DNA of 64,000 nt from Chrysomallon squamiferum. Lineage: Eukaryota > Animalia > Mollusca. The DNA is taken from the NCBI GenBank assembly GCA_012295275.1, contig CM022672.1:27342001-27406000 (forward strand), read 5' to 3'. A program made the position numbers and the translations under genes. Positions 54,093-64,000 of this stretch are shown here, piece by piece (position 1 is the first letter of the stretch; each line of letters starts with the position of its first letter). The notes beneath the pieces were generated by a model. It was not told the DNA's origin, did no database searches, and saw only the letters and a list, made by a program, of their open reading frames with translations.

Positions 54093-54434
54093 CTACCGAC
54101 TGGTCGTTACCCCTGTGGCATGTAGTAGGTATACAATAATGTCGTTGTGACCACCAAATGCCGCTATGTGAATCGCACTCCAACCGTCTCTACTGGCGAG
54201 CTTCACGTCCGCCCCGAATCTCACTAACAGTTTCACAAGTTCCAGGTTACCATTTTGACAGCTCTGGTGTAGAGCCGTCATGCCCTCTTTGTCAAAGAAG
54301 TTTATGTTAATTTTCCCCTCCCTATCCTCGAGAATCTGCTGAAGTTCAAGCATATCTTCGTTTCTGACAGCCTCCTGAAATATCCTCTGGTAGGGAGATA
54401 TTTGGGGTGGAGGATTGCAGTTGTTCATGATCAT
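54093..54434 (-). CDS. NRARP: Notch-regulated ankyrin repeat protein, single coding exon, 113 aa
   Basis: QRIFQEAVR...EGMTALHQSCQNGNLELVKLLVRFGADVKLASRDGWSAIHIAAFGGHNDIIVYL matches vertebrate NRARP (QRIFQEAVR...EGQTALHQS...GNLELVKLLVKFGADIRLANRDGWSALHIAAFGGHQDIVLYL) in sequence and length. Confidence 0.95.
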   Translation of the reverse strand: MIMNNCNPPPQISPYQRIFQEAVRNEDMLELQQILEDREGKININFFDKEGMTALHQSCQNGNLELVKLLVRFGADVKLASRDGWSAIHIAAFGGHNDIIVYLLHATGVTTSR

Positions 54435-54729
54435 ACTTCACCCCGTTTTAGTCACAAGAGAGGGACTAAAACGCCCGTCATTAATATTAGACCTCTCCGT
54501 TGGATTGTTGTCATGCGCGTATAAATTCTCCTCGACAGAAATACAGTCAGTTCCTCTGTAGAACAGTGATCGTGGTTGTTGTATAGTGTTGTGGGGGTGA
54601 TTTCGCCAAAGCTGATAATTCAACTCAAATAGCCCCACCGTTTACAGCTCGCTGTTCTCAACTGCACTACACCGACCGATCGTTGCAGCTGACTAAGGGA
54701 AATAAGTTTAACGTGAAACTTATTTTTCT

Positions 54730-54955
54730 TTTGACGTTAGCCAATGAAATTGCGTGAGAGGGGATTCCTTAATGGCGGAACGTCACATCTGATTGGTTAA
54801 CCTTTGTCCAATACTATAATTCCCGAGTTTATTCACAAGCTATTGACCGTGGGAAAGCACGCGGTCTAGTCCACATTAGAAATGAGTTCTAATACAATGC
54901 TTGCCAAGACCGCGGGTCACCAGACGTAATTGAGTAAGTCGACTCCGCCCACTTT
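54730..54955 (-). promoter_or_regulatory. NRARP promoter with CSL/Su(H) site
   Basis: CGTGGGAA at 54848-54855; CCAAT/ATTGG boxes near 54741, 54792 and 54808; GC-box CTCCGCCC near 54942; CACAAG at 54834 and CACGCG at 54858. Confidence 0.65.
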
Positions 54956-55717
54956 ATACAGTGAATCGCACATAGATGGGGGCATCGCTCGTTCTAAAAC
55001 AAACCCAGAAACCTAATTCTGTCATCGGTTTTTACCTCCTCCAGAGAATATGTAAAATTTACTATGAAACGAGTGTAGCGCGGGTAGACACATACAAGAT
55101 CAAACATGTATCTGAAAGCAGTAATAAACGTGGTGTGTTTATGAATAATGCCTTAGGTCAGAGGAACCTAACTTTAGCATAAGGCCCACTCCTTAAGGAC
55201 TACGCTCGTTATTTATATTACACATTATTACCAACCGGATCAATAACTGGGTTAAATAGGGTTGTTTTGTTATCATTTTCTTTTTCTTTCTTTATTAGAT
55301 ATACAAATACCCCCTTCGCATCCACACCCATACCCACACACACGGATATAAAACGAATAGCAATAATAATAATAATTTAATTTAATTAAAAATACTATGT
55401 CTTTTTAAACCATTGTTATTGTTAATATTACTGTTGTCAACTGCATATTTTGTCTAAGAACCTAAATATTTTAGAGCCGAAAATTGTAATTTATTTATTT
55501 ATTTATTTATTCATTCATTTATGTAAAGCTGAAATTTAAAAATCAAAGGCTAAATAATACATTTCTCGTTAACTTCATTGCCATCGTTTTAATAAAATAA
55601 GATAAAATACGTATGTGTGTGAAATGCATTTGTTTTGCATTCATAGTCTACATAAACCACAATCACTAATTATGAAATAATAATAATAATAACAACAATA
55701 CTAATAATAATAATAAT

Positions 55718-55829
55718 AAGAAGAAGAAGAAGAAGAAGAAGAATTCTCGAAATCGGCTTAACGCACCGCAAAGTAGCATTGATACCGTTCCATCCGCTTT
55801 CTTTTTCTTTTTTTTGTTTTTTTTCTTCT

Positions 55830-55868
<39 letters not shown>

Positions 55869-56128
55869 TTTTTTTGATATTGAACAAAGATTACAGATTG
55901 CTGTAATAAGCAAAAATAATGTAAAAATTCGTTTTGTTGTTTTATTTTTAATTTTATTGTTGTTTTTGGTTTGTTTGAATGTTGCTTTGTTGTTGTTGTT
56001 GTTGTTGTTGTTGTAATAGCTCGTATCTTTTTAAAATTTTCATTATATGTAACAAGTTTAATTGCTGCTATTTTTGCTCCTGTTGTTTCCACTATAACAG
56101 ATACTACTGCTGCTACTGATGCTACTGG

Positions 56129-56168
<40 letters not shown>

Positions 56169-56229
56169 ACGACTACTACTACTACTACTACTACCACTAT
56201 TATTATTATTACATCATACACTAGTATGA
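55718..56229 (+). repeat. Dispersed repeat copy B
   Basis: Same unique blocks as 36923-37244 plus about 100 bp extra (about 55876-55976) and different microsatellite lengths. Confidence 0.9.
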
Positions 56230-56822
56230 TGTAATAATAGAAGAAGAAGAATATTTAAAACTTTAAGAAGAAGAATATTTAAAACTTTAATTAACTGATT
56301 TACATTTAATTATATAACTGAAAAGTATAAACAGTAATAATATGAAAATATATGACGTCATGAAGCACATACGTCAAGTTTAACACATATTCGTGGATAA
56401 AACGAAGCTGAATGCTAGACCACGTAACACATCGTAACGTGCCACAAGGTAATCATCGCGGTAAGTGTTTATCTATAGCCCAAAACACTTCACACGTGGA
56501 CAGTACCTCGTTTGGTTTGTAGAAATTCGAATGTTACTTGTAAAATACTGAATGTGTGTATCGTTGTTAAAAACAGACAGACAGATAATCAGACATACAA
56601 ACAGATAATTTGCAATATTAGAGCAGATCTTAAACAAAATGAAATAATACATTAATATATGTCATAATACAACAATTTCGCGTTGATCATGATATACATA
56701 CATGTATATCCCTCTCGTTATGATGATCAACAGGAAAATGTGTTTATTATTATAACATAGATTAATGTATGTTTTCATATTATTTAAGAACTAATAATAT
56801 ATATGTATATAACAGACACACA

Positions 56823-56926
<104 letters not shown>

Positions 56927-57970
56927 AACATACACTGCAAAAGAAAAAGCTAACATTCCTCCTATTCACCAATACGGATGAAAAGCAAACTAAATTAGGT
57001 GTTTACCCCGTACACACTAGCAAACAATGTATTTGCAAACGGCAAATTCCAGCATGTCACTTGACAAAATTAGTTAATGCCATTGTGTAATCTGATTAAA
57101 ATCTTCACGGGCTACCGTCAGTTCTAAGCTTTTTATCACAATGTTGTAGTGCTGACCGATTACCGAGAACAGCAAGGAGAACAGCAATCAAACAATATAA
57201 TTATAATGAAATACCCAGAATTCTGGTCAATCCACGTAACCTATGCCGTGTCTGGAAGACGTAAAAAAAAAAAAAATAAATAAATAATACATAAACTATA
57301 ATTATACGATTAAAATGATACTATAAAAATACTTTAGCGATAATAAATTAAGTTAAAAAACGAAAGACATTTAACTCTTAATAAATATATAATCGTATAC
57401 ATTATTTTTGTTAGTTTTTATCTTATTGAACTAAATTTTGGAGACTACAATTACTAAACAAAATACATAGGATTACTAAAAATGCAAGTGATGATAGAAA
57501 CCTAACTAACTAAATATCTTTTTATATTCCTCTTCCTTTAAATAAACCTTGATGAATTTATGCAAGATTTCAGTTCAGTGTAATAAAAATATGCAGCATT
57601 TCGTTTTTATCTATTAACTTTTAAATTGTAATGCAAGACTAGAACCCCACATTCTATTAAAAATAATAATAAACAAAAAAAGAAAAAAGAAAAAAGAAAA
57701 AGAAAACAAACAAACAAACAAACAAAAGACAATCAGATATAAAAAAAAGTTATTTACCGTTAAGGTGCATGAAGCAAATTGTTCTTTTAAAAAAATATAT
57801 AATTTATTTATTTATGGATATATTTAAAGAGCTCTTTTGGCCATAACATTAACAGGCGGCATAATAACTATTAAATAGGTGGTACAACCATCCCACTTTT
57901 GTGGCCATTGGTTTGTATATATGTATGGGTTTGTTTTGTTTTTTGTTGTGTGTGTGTGTGTGTGTGAGAG

Positions 57971-58030
<60 letters not shown>

Positions 58031-58201
58031 TGTGTACACGTTATGTTAAACATTCCGGACCCGCTCGTTGTGGTAGATATAATTATATGTTGTCTTCTTT
58101 CATTAATCCAGCAACATGGTATTGACTTGTCAACTCCAGCTTCTTGGTTCAGTAACCAGGAGAAAAACAGACACAAATGACTCTATAAATACCATGAATC
58201 G

Positions 58202-58289
<88 letters not shown>

Positions 58290-59954
58290 GCAAACTGAGA
58301 AAGAAAATAAAACAGAATAATCAGAGAGAGTGAAAAAAAAGATATTTGTTTTTATTCTTAATATCTGATACCTTTTACCTCTTTTTTTCGTTGTATTTTT
58401 GGGGGGATTTGTTTGGGGATTTTGGGGAAGGGGTTTATGAATACTGATGAAAACTCAGAAAAAATAAAGAAAGAAAAATAAAACAGATAAGTAAATAATG
58501 TAACTTAAAATCTTTTTATGTTCTAGGTTAAGCTAGACTTATATTCGGTGTATCTTCAACTGTTCTGTATCAAATTAACCTTTAAATTACATTTACTCTT
58601 TTTAACAGAGAATTCATGTGAACGATTTTTTGACTATCCCATTAAATAATTAAGTAGTCGTGCTGTAACTGTTTAATAAATAAAAAAATAAAATAATAAT
58701 AATAACATTATCGTCACCATTATCAGCATAAGGTCGCAAAATAAATCAAAATAAATAAACAAAGAACTTTAAATAAAATACAGTAAATAAATAAAAATAG
58801 AAAGCCTTCTTGTTACTCAAAGAACCGTTTAATACGTTTTTAAACAAATTTAATAAAACAATTAAAATGAATAAATAAATAAATTAATTAATAAATATGT
58901 AAAAATTGTACGCAGTAAGTGTTGTCTTTTAAGCTTATGAAGCCCCAGTAACATGTAATTTGTTATATTGTGTAAAAATGAACCTTGAAAGTTGATAAAA
59001 TATGAGCATCTGTTCTAAAAAGGTTAAATTTATTTTGACAAATAATATTAAAATATTTCAAAATACCTAAGTATTACTGTATTGCAAGCATGTTCGTTTT
59101 TTTTTTTTTTTTTTTGTAAAATAATAATGTTAATGATAACGATCAAATTGATTTTTTTTTCTCTTTAAATTATATTTTTAAGAACAAAGGCTATTGTCAT
59201 AATTCAAATCAATACAGTTCCCCCAACATATACTGACCTTCTTTTGTCGAAATAAAAGAAATTTATTTTTGGAGACTTTTCTAAAAATAAGTGCCCAAGT
59301 TCTCGAGCCTCACACTCAGTCGCTCTGCTTATCTTTGCTTTGTTAGCTACGGATTATGCATTCTTTACAAGACTACAATAAAGCTGAGATAAACGTCAGC
59401 CAGTAGTTGAATTACTGGAACTCTTCATTCAAGATCAACGAACCATAACAAGAGAGGACAATTACGATCGTCTAGGGTTTTCTCCCTTCGTGCCGGTTTA
59501 CGTTAATCGTAATGTATTACGTATTATAAACTATCAACAGTATCTTCGTAAATTTTATCTTTACGTGTGTTATAAGATAGAAAGTTTGGGTATTGTCCGA
59601 ACATTTTTGTCTTTTATTTTACTTTATTTTATTTCATTTTATTATTATGGAGGGGTTTTTTTGCGTTATTTTTGTAAAGTACAGTTATTTTTGTAATCCA
59701 ATTCTATGATCTTTTGGAAATAATTATTAATTATAACGTAAATCATTTCAAGTTTCCAGTGTGGTTTTTGCAATAATTAGCACTTTCTGGAATGTTTCTG
59801 TAGGCTAAATTATTGAAATAGATATTTACTTACGAGTTTATTTCTTTTTGATCTGAAATAAGCTTTAAAAGATCATTCGAAATGTAGCAAAAACTTCCAT
59901 TCATACATTCTTGTTGGCAGCACTTGTAGGTTTTTTAAGTGAACTGATATGGTA

Positions 59955-60008
<54 letters not shown>

Positions 60009-60168
60009 TAATAATATTTAAAAATAAAAATTATTTTTATTTATAATATCAAATTTAAAAAAATGATAATAACAGTAATAATAAATCACAACCTTCCTAC
60101 AAAACAAATGAAATGTTAAGTACGAGTTTTTTAACTGTTATATTTGTAGTTTTTATATTATTGTTATA

Positions 60169-60244
<76 letters not shown>

Positions 60245-60520
60245 ATATTAATTATCTTTCGTTTTGTTTATTTATTTATTTATTTTATATATACACATAT
60301 GTATTATTATTGAAGGTATGTGATATGTACATGTTATTTCTCGTTTTTCTCACTTTATTTGTTATTATCTATTATATCAAAGGAAATACTGTGAAAAAAT
60401 ATTAATATTACTTTATGCAGAGATATTTTATTATATCGTCGTCGTTGTATAAATCATTAATAGTTGTTGTAACTGTTGCTGTTGCTGTTGTTGTTGTTAT
60501 TATTATTATTATTATTATTA

Positions 60521-60568
<48 letters not shown>

Positions 60569-61437
60569 TTTATAAATATATCAAATATTCAAAGGTGCTA
60601 CGAGAGTGAATGACTTGTATGTGCTGACTGGACCAGAGTTGACCATCAACACCTAGATTTGAACTACGTACACCCACAGTTTTATTGCTTCCAACGACAC
60701 AAATCATCGGAAATTCTTTATCAAAGTAAACTGAGAGACAGGTAATGAAGAAAATGTTGACATTTACAGTGACTAAAGGTCATCAGATGGTCATGTAATG
60801 TCCTAAGGAAGCCAAGGACAGTCTCAAGTAGCCAGAGGTCTCGAAAGATCAAGCCCTGGGTCAGGTTCTGATCAAATTAAAATAGGCCAAATATAACCTG
60901 GGTACTGTTTACATTTTTCACACAGGGAGAACCAGGGAATGGCTTTGTCATTGTCTGGATTTCATGAATGAGTCCGATGGTGGGTTTAATGAATGGATGT
61001 AGAGTCCAATGGTGTTGGCGGATACTGATAACGGTATATCCTGTTTAGTTAACGTGTAGTCTTGTGAACCCATCAAAGTCCAGTCTCCCAAGGTCGAGAA
61101 TTTCTCTGGGTCAGTGATAAAACTGAAACATATTTTTAGTTCTCACAGGTGTTGTTTTATTAAGTTTTTTAAAATGATTTTTTTTATATATTTGTTGTTT
61201 TTGTTGTTTTATTTATTTTTTATTTGTGTGTGGGTTTTTTTGTGTGTTTTTTTTTTTTTTTTGTTGTTGTTGTTGTTGTTTTGCTAAATATTTAAAACAG
61301 CAAAAACAGTAGTAATAATAATAAATTTAAGGGTAATATAGCAAACAATAATCTATATTTTATCCAGGACTTGGATCATATATTGTTAATGCCCGAATGA
61401 TCTATAAAATATCTATACCATTTAGCAACGAGTATTA

Positions 61438-61477
<40 letters not shown>

Positions 61478-62833
61478 TATTAAAAATATAATATGTTTGT
61501 GAGTCAAACCATGCTGGTTCTAAACCATTCGAATAGACTAAATGTAGTCGCTGTTGCTGGACGATTCGTATACTTCTATAAGTAATAGTTTCAGAGGTGT
61601 CATTTTATTATTATCCACAACAGTTTAGTTTCTGTTAAACTTTTTACTTTGCACTGGTTTCATATTATTATAATTTTTATTTATTTACTTATTTTTTTAT
61701 TTAATTTTGCTCTTTTTCATTATTTTATTACTTTAAACTTTTACCACTACAAATCTTTCATGTTTTTTATTTCCACTTTCACACGTTACTGTTTATTTTG
61801 TATTATAAAGAGAAAGGTATTTTGGGGGAGGGAGAGGCGGGGTTTTGTTTTTATTCAGTCCTACCTCGTTTTGTTCAATAGTTCATTTTGTCGTTGTTCC
61901 TTCCGCTTAGGATTTAAACATGTACAATTTAGAACATCGCGAAGTTTTATTACACCAAAGCATTTAATATCGCTTAATGCACTTATTCATATCCTTTGCC
62001 TTTTGAAGCTTCCCTGAGAAATTACATAACATATAAATGTTAATATAATTCACATAACCCTCCCTTCTCAAAGTTCACTTTGTCGTGTAAGCAATATCCT
62101 TGAACGTTTTAAGTAAAGTATAGCCATTAATTTTGGATTGCGTTGCACTACTATGTTATGCGATGTAGTTGTTATTGTGTGCTCTAGAAAGGCATAAATA
62201 TTCAGATACATTTTTCTCATATAGTAGCATTATAAAAAAAAATAATAATAATAAATATGAGAGAAAATATTGAATCCGTTTACATTTTATTACAAACATT
62301 AATAATAATAAGTAATAAATACGAGACAGAGCTGGAGCAGGTCACTGGGTATGTAGTGATTAGTAAGCCTACATGTTTTAGGTCAGTGAGTAAGATAAGG
62401 TCAACTATATATATGAAAAGTCACGTTATCTAACGAACGCGAAAAGTACCATGTATCCAGCACGAAGCAAAAACACGTAGACTATTTTTTATTATTATTA
62501 TTATTTTTTAGCATGTAAAGCTGAATGACTGATACGATTTAGACGATATTACAGAATGTCTGGGCAAACCAAAAAGATCTGGAGAAAAAAACAGCGAAAC
62601 GATGGAGGGATGAAACAGATGTAGTCTTCAAATACCTATTTACTGGAAAATGTATGTAAATGATTTTATATAGAAAGAACTTATATTATATTACCATTAC
62701 AAATAATAATAACAATAATAATAATAATAATAATAACAACAACATAACTATGCTTAATATCGAAAACAAACAAGACTTTACGAAAGAAATAATTCATTTT
62801 ATTCGTGAGCACCTGTCTACTGACCAACTTTCC

Positions 62834-62931
<98 letters not shown>

Positions 62932-63421
62932 ATAACAATAATAATAATAATGAACCAGATAAAAAAAATGCACGTTTTGGAGAGCAAATAATTATTGATT
63001 GCTTCTCCAACTATATATCTGTGCAACGTACGTACAATGTCACAAAACTACGTAGAGCACAGTTAAAAGTGTCACCAATAATTTATCTTCATGCGGGCAA
63101 ACGTATTCGCAAGCATGTCAGAGTGTGCGCGTGCTGCTTTCATTACCCGCCTGAACTATTTATTGTCACTTCGACCATTGCCATTAATTTATTTGTTTCT
63201 CACACTTTAACAAACGAAAAATCTGAACAATCTGTTAAAACTAAACCATTTTCCTATTGTGTTCTTCCATGGGAAAAAGGTTGGCACGCACGCGACCGGA
63301 CGTCGTGCTCTGAGAGTTTGCGTGCGCCGCCAGCCGTGTTTTCACGTGCGCGAGAATCTCATAAATACTGATAAGTCAAGCTTGAAATAATAAATTATTG
63401 AAATTTTGTTACTTTTTCCTG

Positions 63422-63469
<48 letters not shown>

Positions 63470-64000
63470 GATTGATGGTGTTGTAGTGGTGATGCTGGTA
63501 GTGATCGTCGTTGACGTGGTGTTAATATTAATTATTTATTGTACGAAGATTTGTCATAACTATTTGTTCAAAAATAGCCTGAAGGATTCTTCACAGTATT
63601 ATAGGCGTATATTTGTGTGGTTCGCATTTGTTTAGACATTAAATACATTACTTAAACAAAACAAAACCAAATAAAATAAAAAGCTATTAAATAAGTTTGA
63701 TAAAATCAAAGTATGCCATAAAAAAAAATAAAAAAAATTATTATTAACAAAACAATTCCCAGTTATTGATGCATTATGACGTTTTTTAATCGGCACTGAA
63801 TTTAAAGGTATTAATATACATGTAATTCTCATGTTCCACTGAATCCATATTGGTTACACGTGTCAAAAACCATGACGGTGGGAAAAATACGATTCAGAAA
63901 TTATTTTCTGCTTCTACTTTTGTCAAACGTGCCCTGCGGGGATCATAGCAAGCCAGCCATCAAGACGTGTGACGCTTTTGTGCGCATGTCAAAAGGCGAG

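Noticed and set aside
52764-54183. ORFs overlapping or downstream of NRARP (52764-53198, 53054-53275, 53655-53939, 53932-54183)
   Set aside because: No recognisable domains, they include simple repeats, and they lie in the probable 3'UTR or an alternative frame.

Overview
AT-rich, microsatellite-dense animal genomic DNA, probably an invertebrate and possibly a mollusc (inferred from SINE remnants). It contains three host genes: the large terminal coding exon of a connecdenn/DENND1-like endocytic protein (2691-3794, +), a four-exon centromeric histone CENP-A/cenH3 gene missed by the ORF track (14789-16283, -), and an intronless NRARP gene (54093-54434, -) with a CSL site in its promoter and K-box/let-7/miR-133 sites in its probable 3'UTR. 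About 37 kb between CENP-A and NRARP shows no recognisable coding exons. The main finding is a 4.85-kb virus-like insertion (7809-12656) between the convergent 3' ends of DENND1 and CENP-A. It is bounded by a ~214-bp direct repeat that includes the start of its own replication gene, as expected for a 4624-bp circular or head-to-tail unit integrated at slightly over unit length. It carries a fragmented parvovirus NS1-like HUH endonuclease plus SF3 helicase gene whose Walker A loop is missing, an apparently intact spliced 169-aa ORF, an intact antisense 337-aa ORF of unknown function, and an 11-bp iteron-like array. No capsid gene or terminal hairpins are recognisable. All family assignments come from motif recognition by eye, not database searches.
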